From assembly GCA_001643675.2 (NCBI GenBank), contig LSRY02000004.1:496001-560000 (forward strand): DNA of 64,000 bases, given 5' to 3'. The notes under the pieces are model-generated. The model was given only the letters and a program-made list of their open reading frames with translations, was not told the origin of the DNA and did no database searches. This document shows, piece after piece, positions 22,834 through 37,100 of this stretch. The translations under genes were made by a program, and so were the position numbers. This DNA is from Monocercomonoides exilis PA203. Its lineage: Eukaryota > Protista > Preaxostyla. Numbering within the stretch: position 1 is the stretch's first letter; every line of letters begins with the position of its first letter.

Positions 22834-25800
22834 TTATAAATATCCTGATGCTGAAGGTTGAGTTGTATCTGTGTTGACTTGTTGTGGTGGTTGAGCATCA
22901 GCACCACTAGGCGCAGTTTGTTGAACAGGTGCAACAACAGGTTTTTGTATTTGACGTGGGCGGGCAGGAGAAATGAGAGTGTTCCATTCATTTGGGAAGT
23001 AAGCAGTGACAAAAGGTTCAGCAATTGGTTTGATAGTTTCTGCCAGTTGTGTTTGAAGTGTCTGTTCAGGAAGTGGATAGAAGTATCCCAAGAGAATAAT
23101 GCGATTGTACTCTTGGCACGTGTCAATCTACGAGGGTTGATTGAAAGAAAATGGATATTGGAATAAAACATTGTTACAATAATTTTGAAAAAAATTATAA
23201 ACGATTATTTATGAAAAATAAATATATGCAAAAGATAAAAAGCAAAAACCATATAAAATTAATGTATGTTTTGTTTCCAAATCTTAATGTCTTAAAAATA
23301 TATTTATGTATTCACATCAAAGATTTCAACACACCAGATCCTTTGGATGCATCAGCGACTCCTTTTCTGAAGCGCCAAGCACAAGAATCGCTATCAGCGA
23401 GAGAACAAGCAGCGCAGCATCGTTTGTGTCGGTGATCAAGTCAGCGAAGTGAGGAAGCAGATTGGCCAGCGAAACGAGCTTCTGCCGCGCCTCTGGCACG
23501 ACAATGCGGTTTGGTGGGAGGGCTTTATTAGCAGGGCCTTTGCAAGGGTTAGGCACATACACAGTGGAACAAACAGATGGGCAGATGCTGGCGAAGATGG
23601 CTGGAATCACCACGTCGAAGAAGAAGATCGCTATCCGCTTGCCGCTGCTGATCGTGCGGCTGAGCGGGTAGCCTGGGAAGGAGGAAGGAGGATAAATAGA
23701 GGCAGACTGAGCAGAAGCAGAGCCAGCAACTGCAGTAGAAACAACAAGAGGCGCAGGAGAAGCCGAAGCAGATGTTTCAGAAGCATCTGTGCTGTTAGTA
23801 CTGTTCTTCGCAGCAATTCTCTTCTCAATCTCTGCTTCTTCTCTGAGCGTCTGGTGCAGCACCGCCGCAGCAGTTGAGCACAGAGAAGGCTTCAGTGCGA
23901 ATGACAGGCCAGCAAGCACCGCCAAGCACACACACGCAGCAGTTGTGCAGAGGTGTGGCTTGTCCAGCAGAATGAGAGGGTTTCTGCAGACACACTCGTC
24001 CCACCGCCCGCTCTGCTGGTGGAGAAGAGTCAGCATCTGCTTCGACTTGTGTGGGAGGAGTGAAAAGAGAGTGGTCAGCGACTCGCCTGCTGACGCCTGC
24101 TCGGCGTGTGCTGGCTGTTTCGCTGCGGCTGCTGCTGATGCTGTTGCAGCGCTGGCTGCAGACTGAGTGGAGTGAAGGAGCGAAAGGAGAGCGAGTTCTG
24201 GATTGGCAGCTTCAGACGGCTGTGGCTGGATGGTCTTGTTGAGCGGCTCGTGGAGACACGAAGCAAGAAAATTGAGGACTTTGTCTGATTTTGGAAGGAG
24301 GGTGTCGAAGAGATTGCAGATGGGGCAGATGAATTGATGAGGGTTACCTGCTCTTTGACGCATGTCGTGTGAACGAGAAGAAGAGGAAGAAGAGGAAGAT
24401 GATGATGAAGTGGATGCGTTTGAAGAAGATGCATGTTTTTGACTTAGCAAGTACTGCACACTCGACATGTTGAATATCATCCACCCATCCACACTGCCTG
24501 GCAACGAGTCTTCGCGTTTCTCTTCTTCTTTCCCTTTCTCTTCAGCAGCATTCGCACTCAATCCTTGTTTTGTTGCAGAAGAAGCTGAAGAAGCAGAAGT
24601 TCCATTCAACTGCTTGCTTCTACCCGCTTTCTGTGAGCTTTCTCTCGCAGCAATGCAGAACTGGCTAAACCTCAGGCTGATCCAATCGCAGGCGTCCTTC
24701 TCGAGGCTTCTGTACGAAGAAGCAGACAGAATGAAGTCTAAGCACTCCACAAGAGGAGCATACGGAATCCTCTTCACAGCAACCGTAAACAGAGTGTATG
24801 CATCGCAGGCAAAGCGCTCGAACGAGATGAGCTTTTTCAGCACATTCAGAAGATAGCCCCAGCAGCGCCGGTCGAAGTCATACGCTTTGATCGACGCCTG
24901 CAGAGCAGCAATCACCTGCTGCATCTTCGCCAGCTCGACAGACTCCAAATAGGATGTGGTGAATATCTCGTACAGCAGCTGGAGCGCAGAGGACGCCACA
25001 GACGGCAGAGAAAGCGAGGAAGAGAGGCAGACAATGAGGCGGTGTGCGAGCAGCGTGGACTGCTCAACAGAAAGCGCAGAGCTTTTGACCAGCAGGTGCA
25101 GAATGGAATAGACATGGCCCCACAAACACTCCACCACGTTCGGCATGGAGGCACTTGTGGCTAAATAGACCAGCAGCTCCACAAAGATAAACAGAGTGGT
25201 CTCTCTCTCCTTCGCCGACGACGGAAGAATCAGCCCTGCCGAGTCTGCCTGTCTGTCGAGTACAGCTGAGGGTGAAGAAGAAGAGGGTGAGGAAGAAGGA
25301 GAAGGTGCAGGAGACACTGAATTAGTGCCTGTGGGAGAAGAAGAAGAAGACATCACAGGGACTGTCTCCTTCGGAGGGTTAATGAGTGGATACACCAGTG
25401 CTGCCAGGGCTGCGACGAGGCTGAGCACAAACTGCTCGAGATGCGAACTCGAAATCGACTGGGCGCTTCTCACAAGCTCTGCACAGCGCGACGCAGAGAC
25501 TGTGCCTCTTGCTCTTTGCATGGCATCTTCATTCTCCCTCTGCACTTGCTCAGCCTGAGTGTTCCCTTTGAACGAGAACAGCGCAAACACATTGAACAGA
25601 CGCACTCCTGTTTGTGTCTGGCTCTGCTTGTCGGCTGAGGGCTCAGCGGGAAGCGTGCGGCGATAGGAAAGAGCAGGAGAGAGGGAGACGAGGGAGGAAG
25701 AGACAAGGCGGGAAGAGGTTGGAGTGCGTTGAGGAAATGAAGGAGTGGCAGTTCCTTCAGAGGAACGCTGGGAAAGAGCACTGGGAGAGGAGCTGCCGAG

Positions 25801-28800
25801 AGGGGATGGGGTGAATGACTGAGATGAGGATGAAGAAGGAGAAGATGATGAAGAAGGAGAAGAGGAAGAAGAAGTGCGTGAATGTGTCTGGGAGTTGAAT
25901 GCAGGAGAAGGCGGGGTGCGTGGAGATTTCACCTCAAATCCATCTTTTCTGCTGGGAGCATCGTTTTCCTCTGTCAAATAGAGCGACTCGACAAAAGGAT
26001 GAGTGATGAGTGTGGTCTGGGCGAGGAACAAGAGGCAGAGTGTGACTGCTGTCCAGCCAGTGTGCACAGAATGAATGTGGCTGGTGGCGATGTCAAAGAG
26101 CAGCGTCACCATCGACAGCGAATGCGAAGAGCGCGCAAAGGACATCGGGACTGTCCGTGAGATGTGTGGGAGAGGGTTCTTCTCAGCTGACAGATAGACA
26201 GAAGTAACTGCCTCTGCTGAGCGGTGCATGTTGCACCCAGCAAAGACAGGGTCAGGGAACGGGGCATGAGAAAGGTTGGGTGTTGGGAGGTTGTAGCTCT
26301 GTGGGAGCTGTGCCAGCGTCGCGATGACCGACCACAGCATCGCCAGGATTTCATCAATCAGACCAGGCGCGCTGCACACTTCAGCCAGCGATGCAACAGC
26401 ATTGATGATCTCCACTGCGCGCGGATGCATCGCCGACACATTCGCCTCGCACAAGATGGAGTGGAGAACAGGGAGCACTGCACGAGAGAGGATGGCGAGG
26501 CTTTCAGTTGTGTAAATGGCAGACGCCGACGGCGGGAGCTGCCGGCAGATAAGCGGCGGCGGGGCGAAGTGGGTCAGAGACACAAACTGGGTGCAGCCCC
26601 ACACGGGATACATTGGATGGTGCAGATTGACAATGGGCATGGAGCCAATGGAGATGTAGAGGCGCTCCAGTGTGTTTTTTGGGTACTCCTTCTCATTGCC
26701 CAGGCGGTGGATCAGGCTGGTGTAGGTGTCGAATGTCATCTTCTCAGGGACGGCTGGGTTGTGCAGGTCAGAATTCAGCATGACCGTCACGAAGCCATAC
26801 ACGAACCCGTTGTCTGCGGTGAACGGAGTGTGTTTGGGAACAGAAAGAAGAGTGCTGTCTGAAGAAGAAGAAGAAGAAGATGATGATGATGAACGAGAAG
26901 ATGGTTGAAGTGCTGTTGATGATGTTGATGATGATGCTGATGAGTTATCTGCATTCAGAATTTCTGGTTGCGATGCTTTAGAATTGTGCTGAGTGCGAAG
27001 TACTGGAGGAGCCCCCGATCCTGCCTCTTCTTCTCCTTCATCTCCTCCTTTCAACGCTAATGCCTCGCTTTTCTCTTCACTCTCCTTCATCATCATCTTC
27101 CTCCTCCTCTCCTTCCTCCTCTCAGCCCTCCTCCTCCCTTCCTCTGGATCCCTCCACATCTCCGTCTCCTTCCACCCATCCTCAATCGCCTCAGCCAGCG
27201 ATGCCCCAAACTTCTCAATTGTCCTGTCAACCACCTGCCCTTCGCCAGGCATTCGGCACGCTGCCATGAACAGTCTGAGGGATTCGTCCAGTGTGAGTGG
27301 CTCAGTCGCCAGCAGCGTCATGAATGAAGAGAAGACACGTTTATTGTATGGTTTGTTTGCGCAGAGGTATTCGCCCACGAGGCAGTAGTCGAGAGAAGGG
27401 CAGAGCAGACAGAAGAGAGCAACCTCGTCGGGGGAGGGGTTGCGGCGGGTGGGTTCAAGGGAAGGAGAAGGAGAAGGAGAAGGAGAAGGTGAGGAAGAGG
27501 ATGAGGAAGAGGTAGCAGTTGTGGTTGTGGTTGTTGCAGTGGAAGTTATAGTGTTAATTGGTTGTGTTGTGATTGGATTGGAAGAAGAAGAAGAAGAAGA
27601 AGAAGAAGAAGAAACTGAAGTGAATGTATTTTGTGAGTTTGTCCCTTGTTCCATGTTTTGTTGAGGTGCAATTCCATTTGACTGCTTTGATGCTTTACTT
27701 GCAGATGAACCGCTGTTTGTTTGACTCAATCCAACAGATTGTGAATTCACTGACTGTATCTGCTGAGTCTGTTGTTGTTGTTGTTGCGAGTAAGGTGGAG
27801 GAGGTGATCTGATGCCATCTTTGAGGGGAGAATGTGAAGAGAGGTCGAAGGAAGCAGAATCAACTGACTGTGATGATTGATCTAATTTCTGGCTGTGAAG
27901 ATCAGAAGACAGCTGAGCAGATGAATAAGAGGAGGAATACGAGGAGTGTGGTTGAGACAAGTCAGAAAGAGAGGAAAGAGAGGAAAGAGAAGAGAGAGAG
28001 GAGAAAGTGGAGGTGGATGAGGAGGAAGAAGGCATTGACAAGTCTCCCTTTGAGGCAATTGAGGAAGAAGCATTGGAAGAGCTAGAGAGAGAAGAAGAAG
28101 AAGCTGATGAAATAGAAGAAGACGTTGGACAAGACAAAGGAGAAGGAGCATTTGAAGATTGATCTGTGTTTGCAGGAGAGGAGGAGGAAGAAGAAGTTGA
28201 CGAATTGTCAGAACATGAAGAAGATGATGCTGATGAATTCTGTTCTTTGTTCTCTGCATCTTCTGTGTCTGCACTCATAATGCCGCAGTCCATCAGATAA
28301 TTAAAGGCCACTGCTGGCTTTACTGTGTTGAAGAGATACGCTGCATGCAGCAAATGGCCCTTCAGCCTTTTTGCCACACGCAGAAGCTCAATAATCTTCT
28401 GGTCGTCTTGTTCTGGTTGAGAAAATGAGGAGGAAGAAGAAAGAGAAGAAGATAAAGAAGAAGAAGAAGAAGAAGATGATGATGATGAATTGTAAAGTGA
28501 AAGAGAAAGATTCGAATCCAATGACAATTGAGCTAATTCTGAGTTGTTCTCTCTCTTCTTCTTTGATGCCATTTTATTGAACTGCTTCTCAGAATGCGAT
28601 GAAGACAGCTCGGCAATGGATTCTCCATCAACCATCACAAAGTCCTCTTCCTCAGCAGCTTTAAGCAGTGGATCTAAGCGAGTCCTCATCAACAGCGAAG
28701 AAGAAGAAGAAGAAGGAGATAAGGAAGGAGAAGGAGAAGGCGAAGGAGAAGAAGCCTGAGCATTCACAGAAGCGAAGTATGTGACACGGAGTGAAGACAC

Positions 28801-30975
28801 AATTGATGACAGAGCATCCAATGCTAGCAGAGCAGCACGCTGTGAAGAGGGTGTGGCTCTGGGAGATGTGAGTGAAGGGCAGGTTGAAGGATAGCTGGGA
28901 AGTGGCTGCAGCTTGAAGGTCGGGACACAGATGTTTGTTTTGGCATTATATGCAGCAGCAGCAGCAGATGATGAAGATGATGAATATGAACCACTTTGAA
29001 TACTCTGTTTATCGCTTCCATCTCCCTTGCTATTCTCGTTCTCTCTCTCAGCACTCGAATGCGACGTGACTTCAGCCTCAGCCTCAGCCACAGGTGTCTT
29101 CAGCTGCAGCGGGGACATCGAGTCGAATGTGATCTGGCTGAGGGCGTAGCACAAAAGAGAGAAGATCGGCCGGGTGCCTGGAGACAGGTCGAACGCCGGA
29201 TGCAGCAGCGACACGAAGGACGGCACAGAACACATGCTCTGCACGAACTCGAGTGTCACCTCGCGCACAGAAGAGAGAGAAGAGTCGGTGTAGAGGAGGC
29301 GGTTGGTGATGTGGGCGAAGAGGAACGGGAGATAGCAGATGCTGTGCGAGGGGGCAGACACGATAAGCGAGAGCAGCACGTTCAGCGCAGCAGAGATCTG
29401 GCTGGGCGGGTTGAGGTACTGAGCATATGTGTATGGAGGGATGGACGGGGGAAGCGCCGACTGAGAAGAGGAGGATATCGACGAGAACGGGGCAGCTGCA
29501 TCAGTCGGTGCAGAGCACACGAGCACAAGGCGGACGCACTCTGCGATGGCAAAGCGGACGAGCGGGTGGTCGCAGGAGTCGAGGGAAGGGCCCCACGCAG
29601 ACAAGGCGGAGGAGAGGAGGTTGAGACCGAATGTGCCGTCGTTCAGGTTGCCCTTGGCGTGCGGATGGGCTGTGGCGCCGACAGCTGTCACGTCGTCGGA
29701 CAGGCGGAGCAGCGGGTGCATCCAGACAGCGCGGGATGTTCTGATGATCGATGGACGAAGAAGCTGAAGAATTTCCTGTGAAGAAGAAGAAGAAGAAGAA
29801 GAAGATGCTGCTGATGATGATGACATTGAATTGGAAGTGAGAAGTGAAGGCTGTTGAAATGGAAGTAATGCTTCCGCTGCAGTTATAGTTGGAGAAACAG
29901 GAGGTGAATTTGTATCGTTGTCTTCAACGACTATATTCGAGTGAGGCTGAAAATCCAATTTGTTGTTAGGCTGGTGATCTCCATGTTCAGCTATGTCATT
30001 GGTGGTCTCTCTTTCATTTCCTCGGAGGTATTTGTTTTGATGCTTCAGTGCAAACGACGGAAGCGAAGACAGAAACATTTGCCTTTCCGATAGCACCATC
30101 TGCGGCATCCTGTCTTTCCTTGTTCGACTTGCAGCTCTTGCTTCCATAAAGTCCAGATGCTCTTCTTCAAAATCTGCAAGCTGCGACCACCACTCTGGTG
30201 TAACTTTGTGAAACCAATGAAGAAATCGATTATCATCAATGTTAATTTGCTTCGCACCCAGCTGAGCAAATGGTATGGGCTGAGGAGATGAACAAACATC
30301 ACTGAAAAATCCAATAAGTTTCAGTAAAACGGTAAAATCCAGAGAAATTTCGGAGCGAGAATCATTATCATTGAAACATTTGCCTAGTTCCGATTTTGCC
30401 TTTTCAATTAATAGATCAGCTTTCAAAAAAACTCTAATTACAATCTCAGTTAAAGAATTCTTCACTTGATTTCGAAATTGAATCGATGCCTTTAGGCCTA
30501 TTAGAAAAGAATATATAAAGCTCACAATTTTATATACTAAATCTGATGAAAGTCTCATGATAAACTGCTCTGAACATAAAAGTGACAAAATTGATATCAT
30601 TTCTGAAAAGACCGCTTCATCTGCGTTTTGCGATTGTTGATCATATTTAATGTTATCTGTTATAGTAACGATAATTGATTTTAGATCATCAAGATGAAAA
30701 AACCTCGGCTCAGCAATTAAAGATTGATTTAAAATGGAAATGGTTGTGGACATTAGTTTGGATGAAATCTTTTCTGTTGTCAGTAGAAGAAGAAAAGGTT
30801 TTAAATACTTTGAAGCAGGAATTTGTGTTCCATGAAGAATTATTGTTCTTAAGGTTAACAGAAGCTCAACTATTGTTGATGAACTGGAATGCGGATTGTC
30901 CAACGTCCATTGTTGATTTTTCCGAAGTTCCAAAAGCAAAGAATTAATAAATGGAAATAAATTTAAAAGAGGCAT
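22834..30975 (-). CDS. Large Sec7-domain ARF guanine-nucleotide exchange factor (GBF1/BIG family, probably GBF1-like); 2 exons
   Basis: Sec7 motifs LDESLRLFMAACRMPGEGQVVDR (Glu finger retained) and VMLNSDLHNP..PEKMT. N-terminal YLKPFL resembles the DCB region. A GT-AG intron at 23128-23334 joins the long ORF in frame to a terminal exon 23127-22834 (IDTCQEYNRIILLGYFYPLPEQ...). Confidence 0.85.
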
Positions 30976-32331
30976 TTGAATTAACTAAATTATTATAACT
31001 CCACTATGAAACACTTTTTCAACTTTATACTTTGGGAAATGATCTGAAACACTCATTTCAAACAAAAAACCAAACATAAATGTTCTTTTTTCATATCCGA
31101 TTTATTATCACTTTTATGAATTGAAGTTTAACAAAAAAAGATTCTTACACATGGAAAAAGACAAAAATTCGAATATTTTGTGTTACATTCAAAAAAAGAA
31201 ATACTGCACATCCTCTCTCATGTTCTTGGGATAATATGAAGATTAATTCACAAATATATAAATAAAATAATTAAAATTGATGAAAATAAAAAAAAGGAAA
31301 AAAATAAAATAAAATAACCAGAGAAAAAATTTTTGTGTGAAATTATTTTCAGAAGTCTAACAGGATAATTTTGTTTCAGCATCGTTTAACTCAGAGTGAG
31401 CTGAGATAAATTATGCTTCATCATGATATTTCACATTCATAAGCTTCAATTTTGAAAAAAAAACTTAACTTTCGCACTTTATCACTCAATTTCGAACATA
31501 CCATATCGATCTCGTGAAATGAACCTATAAATTATAAAACTTCATATTAATTCACATGATTTACATGTTTTTCTCTTTTATTTTCAATATTTTCATCTCA
31601 TAATTTCGTTTTCAATATTTTGAAAACCCTCTTTTCGATTGATCAATTTGATCTTATAGATAATCAAAACTTAAGGTTTGTTATTTGAAACAAAATCAAT
31701 AAAAAAAACAATTACAAAATTTCAAGAATTTTTTTATTCCATTTTAGCAAAATGTCACTTTTGTGATACACGCTTTTTTCGTCAAGTTCATGAATGAAAA
31801 AACAAAAAAATCAAAAATCAAAAATCAAAGAAAAAAAAAAAAAAAAAAAACAGTTACTGATTGTGATTTGAAGAAGTGATATTCAGAAGAGAGGGAAAGG
31901 TGAAGGGTTGTTTTTGACAATAGTGATTTATTAATATGTAAAGAAAAAATACTGAAGAGGGGAATAACATGGTTCCTTTATCCACTGATTTTGCTAAAAA
32001 TTGGTATTACAAAGAATGATGATAAAATATTTGGTGCAACGATGTTTTCAACAACTGTTAAAAAAAAAAGCATTGATTTACGTGACTAATGTTCTTTGAA
32101 AAGATTCTCAAGATAATTGTTAAATGAAATAAAAAATTCTTTTTCATACTGAAATTGTTAAAGAAAAAGGAAAAAAAAATATACCTTTATTTTCATATTT
32201 GTTCGAACTTTTTAAAAACATTCCAACAAAAAATTTTATGTTCGAATTTTAAAAATTGTTCAGAATTAAAAATCACAACTTGTAAATGAAAAACTTTGTA
32301 TTTAATGAAAATTATGATTATTATAATAACT

Positions 32332-33304
32332 TCAATATAAAATACGACATTCATTTGAAATAGGTATACACTCAGTGAGAATTAATTTGTGAGATAATTC
32401 CCCATCTTCTTCACCCTTCACTTCTAAGAAAGTTGAATAAAAATCCAAAAAGGCATACGATGCTTGCTTCACTTTTTTCTCTCCGTCTGTGCATCCCTTT
32501 ACAATCATGGTTAAAGCATCACTTTCCAATTCCAACAATACAGAAGAAACAATAATTGCAGCAACAGCAATGGTTTCTGCAGAAAAGATAATGCAAAGTG
32601 GGGACAAAAATATGTCTCTAACAACTGCCCACGCAGTGTTTGCAAAATCAATGGAGGCATTGACTCGTCCAAGGAAAGTTGTCAAATAATAATCTGGCTG
32701 GTCCACCCAAAAATCGAAATCCAATGTATTCATCAGTAATCTCTCACAATCAAACACCTGTTGGCGAATATTTAAAAATTGCTGTTAAACAGCAGATCTT
32801 TCAAACAAAACAATAAATAAAGCAAGACAATAATACTGGAGATTTTTCATCCAAAGTATCCGTGCGAACTCCATTTTTTACAAGATCATACGCACGAATT
32901 ATTGTTCTCAAATGCTTTGGATTTTCTTCGCATTTCGCAGCAAAAAATAAGCATGTCAAAATTACTACCTGAGGAATTATAAGGTATCCAAATATTTGTT
33001 GAACGCATCAATAACAAACTTCGTTATCGTATTTTTTAAACGAATGCTTCATATAAAACTTGTGAAGAAAATAGCACGCTGTCTGAGTAGGAGATGAAGG
33101 CCTGAAAGAAAAGAGTTTTTGGAAATTTTTTCTTTTAAAATTGAATACATACAACGATAGACATTTTGATAATGCTTGAATCATCATGCACGATCTGTAG
33201 CGCATAGATATTTCTATTTCTTCTGGAATTCCATCTTTAAAAGAAGGAGTGTTCTCTGCGCATATAAAATGTGACATGTAATTATGTGAGGAATCAAGTG
33301 ACAT
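32332..33304 (-). CDS. Transcriptional cyclin (cyclin K/L/T family), spliced; 3' end uncertain
   Basis: Spliced product NTPSFKDGI.EE.E...RY..C..IQ....LSLP...TQTACYFLHKFY.K.SF...|VVILTCLFFAAKCEENPKHLRTII...|RQQVFDCERLLMNTLDFDFWVDQP. Confidence 0.85.
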
Positions 33305-33557
33305 GCTTAATTCTGAGTTTTGAATAAAAGTAAAAAAGTATTTTTATTATGATATGGGACATTTTTTAATAATAATCTTGTCAGATTTTTATTCCAAAAA
33401 GTTATTTGCTTTTGTTTTGCAATTCGCTGTCTGTAACAAAAATATTTGACAAAAAAACATCAAAATCTCTTTATTCAAATTTATCTTGATTATTTGAATA
33501 GATTAACCGTATTGAACATGAAAATTTTTGAACATAAAAATCTTTTGTCAATTCAAA

Positions 33558-33667
33558 AAAGAAAGAAAGAAAAGAAAAGAAAAGAAAAGAAAAGAAAAGA
33601 AAAGAAAAGAAAAGAAAAGAAAAGAAAAGAAAAGAAAAGAAAAAGAAAAAGAAAAAGAAAAAGAAAA
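33558..33667 (+). repeat. (AAAAG)n/(AAAAAG)n purine microsatellite
   Basis: About 110 bp of tandem A4G/A5G units between the divergent cyclin and receptor genes. Confidence 0.9.
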
Positions 33668-34161
33668 TTGACCATTTATCATTTGAGACGTGGAGAAATA
33701 TTGAGAAAATGATATTCAATGTGTATTCAGAAAACGATGGAAAAATTGAATTGATAATTCGGGGAAGAATTCATGCTTTAATGAAAAAAAAAAAAAAAGA
33801 TGAAAAACTAGGAAGATAGATATGTCAACATGAACAGAAAAGCTCAATTTGAAATAAAGATGGATGCCGTACAGAAGAATTCAAGCTAGACATTTTATTC
33901 AAAAAGAAAAACTTCTTTGAATGTGTTCAAAATAAACACATATAAAAATTTAAATCTTCTTGAATTTTAGAATTTTCTGGGATATTCTTTTTTTAATATT
34001 TGTTTATTTTAAACACTGAGCAAAGCATAACTTTCAGATATTATTTGCTTACAAAAGAGGATTTGTGTCTTTTTTTAAACATAACGTGATCAAAAAATTT
34101 ATTCAATGGGCAATATATCTTTCAAAGATATTCCTGCACGTTCTCCTCTGCTGCATAATTA

Positions 34162-37100
34162 ATGTGCCACAATGCCCAAATTATGAATCCGATTTTTGCA
34201 ATAATTTCAACCTGCTTTGTGATTATTGAATCAAAAGAACATTCAGAAAAAGAAACAAACCTTTTTGATGAACTGGCCGTGTTGCATGATCCACAATTTA
34301 ATAACAATTTAGGGGAACAGAAAAAATATCAATTCAGTGAAATTTGTTCTTCATTTCAATTGAGAAATTCTTCAATAATGATTGCAAAGATAATTCATAG
34401 TGAATACGAAAGAAAGCCAATGTTTTGTATTAAAAAAGGAGGAAGGCTTGAAGCTATTGATTATATTACTTCTGGTTCATCAAAGATTGTCCCGTTCAGA
34501 GTGGATGGAGGAAACATCAATTTGGTGAATCTGACGATTCAAACCTTAAGGCCGTTTGTCCAAATACCGCGACTTTTTAACTCGCCTTTCAAAAATTCTG
34601 AGAGAGATGGAACAGATTCGATCACCCTTCAAGAATCTTCATTTTCGTCATTTGAATTGGCATCTGCTCCGTTTCTTGCACCGAATGCGAGATGCCTTAT
34701 GAAAGCCTCTGGCTTGAAGATGACAAATATTTCTGTTGCTTCGGAAACACAAAGAGAAATGGATTTGAGAGCGAGAACAGAAACAACGATTGAAGGCTGC
34801 TCGTTTTTCAGTGTTTGGGATGTTATTTATGGAGGCATTTTAAGGTCGGTGAACAGCCCATGTGCCTTGCTGAGAGTCACAAATTCCTCATTTAAATGTT
34901 GCTTTCGAACGATGAATGTGAATGAATCAGGCGGAAGCAACATGACAAGGCAACCACTTGGGGCAGATGAAACGCACATTTTTACAGATTGCGAATGGTG
35001 TGATACGGGATTTGCAAATGTTGGAAGCGCAATTTATTTGAAAGGAAATTCAACTCTTGAGTGCATGAGATGTTCTTTTGCAAACATGAAACAAGGATAT
35101 GACGGAGCTGTTGACGTCCAATCTGCAGCAGGCGTGAAAATGACGAATTGTAATTTCACAAATTGTGTTTCAGGTGGCAATACTGGAGGAATGATTATTT
35201 ACAGTTTAAATGGAAATTATCACTTTGCTGAATGTATTTTTCTCAAATGTCAAGCGACTGCACATTATGTAGGAGGATTGCGAATTAATCAATTATCTGG
35301 AGTTGAAACCGAAACAATAAATAAATGCATATTCGATAATAACGAAGCAGGATCTTTTTGTGGTGGATTATTGGTTGAAACACACAAGAGCGCATTTTGT
35401 ATCTCTGATTGCAAATTTGAAGGAAATGTTGCAAATGGAACAGGTGTATCTGATTATGAAGGAGGAGGAGGAGGCATTTTTTTGTATTCTGCAAGTTGGA
35501 TGGAAACTGATTCACCTCCGACAGTTATATCGTTTTGCTTTTTTAGCTGCAATAAGGTTAAAAATGAAGAAGGCCATGATGTCAAAATCAAAAACTCTCT
35601 TTTGAAAGGTTCGCCATTTGAGACATCGTTCTCAACAACATCAGCAAAAAGAGTGTTTTACAACGGAAGCCAAACAGATTACGATATATGGCTTCCAACA
35701 ATCAAAACAACATATGCCAGAGCAGATGGGATTGAAGGGCCTATCTGTGGGACAACACAGGCCAGCCCGTGCAATTCGATTAAGCAGGCATACAACATGA
35801 TTGTGAAAGGATCAGAGGGAACAGTGAATATTCTTCGATCGACCTATCATTCAATGGCCCTGTTCATTGGAGGGGGAGATATTGCATTCAAAGGCGAAAG
35901 CGAGAGCGAGTGTGTCATCAGCACAGAATTGTTGAATTCTCATGAGTGTTTGTTCACATTGGATTCGGGATCGATGGGATTGTCTTTGGTGACAATTCGA
36001 CACAACAGCGCAGAATCATCATCTTCATTGCTTGTGATGCACACAGAAGCACAGAAACTGACACTAAAGAACGTGATCATTTCAGGGGCAGAAAATGGGC
36101 AGACACATTCATTTGATGTTTCTCCATTTAAAGTGATATTTGAGAAAATGAAGATGGAAAATTGCTTGATTGAGGATATTGGCCTGGGAGATTGTTCGTT
36201 GCTTGAGGAAGAGGAGGAAAGTGGAGTTTGGAGAGGGATGCTTGGAAATGTGACGATCCAAAGGATCAGCCGAATGAGAGGAGATGGAGCGATTTTCAGC
36301 TCTCAAAGTGAGAGAAGTGATTCTTGGGAGCTGGAGGGCACCACATTCAGAAACTGTGTGTGCAAGGAAGGGAATGGAGGGAGCGTTGCGTGGAGTGTTG
36401 GTCAAAGCGGGACATTCAAGATTGGCAGGGGAGAGGGGACGACAGTGATTGGAGAGTGTGGGGCAGAGAAGGGAAGTGGGGAGGAGAAGGGGAGAGGAGG
36501 AGGGGTGTATTTGGAGGTTTCATCACCAACAACAGTGTTTGAGGTTGTGAATGTGGGATTTGAAGACAATCGTGCAGAACATGGGGTGAATGTGTTTATT
36601 GCATCGCCTCAGCTGGAATTGATTCCAAAAGGGAGATATGAATTTGTTTCTCTTTTGAGCGAGGATGTACGTGAAGTGGAGGGAGTGGGAGACACAAACA
36701 AAGCAACACTGGTGATTCCGATTGTGTGCTATCTCCTGGATGTTCCGAGGAGTGAGGTCTATGTTACTGCAACAGGAGCAGATCATCCTCGGTGTGGACA
36801 CAGATTTTTCGAGTGCCGATCATTAAACTGCCCGATTGAAAGGGAAGAGAAAACACCAACAGATGGAACAACAATAGCGACAATCAAAATTGGAAATGAA
36901 ATTGAGGTTGGTTCGACAGTGGTGTTTTCGAAAATGGCAAGGGTGATAGAAGGAACAGGGAATAATGGATCACTTGTTGTTAAAGGCGAGGCTGCATGCA
37001 ATGGTGATGAGGAAGGATGCGACGGAGTGTTTGTGGTGTTGAAGGAAACAAGGATGAGTAAGATCGAGCTGGTGATGCCATCTGTTCTTGAGCATCATGA

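Noticed and set aside
22740-23171. Small independent gene between BRCA2 and the ARF-GEF
   Set aside because: The 22834-23091 ORF is better explained as the spliced last exon of the ARF-GEF.
31000-32330. Possible ncRNA/snoRNA or extra cyclin exons in the long spacer
   Set aside because: No convincing box pairs, stems or open spliced frame seen by eye; needs Infernal and RNA-seq.
33446-33719. Poly-Lys/Arg and poly-Phe ORFs
   Set aside because: Translations of the (AAAAG)n microsatellite.
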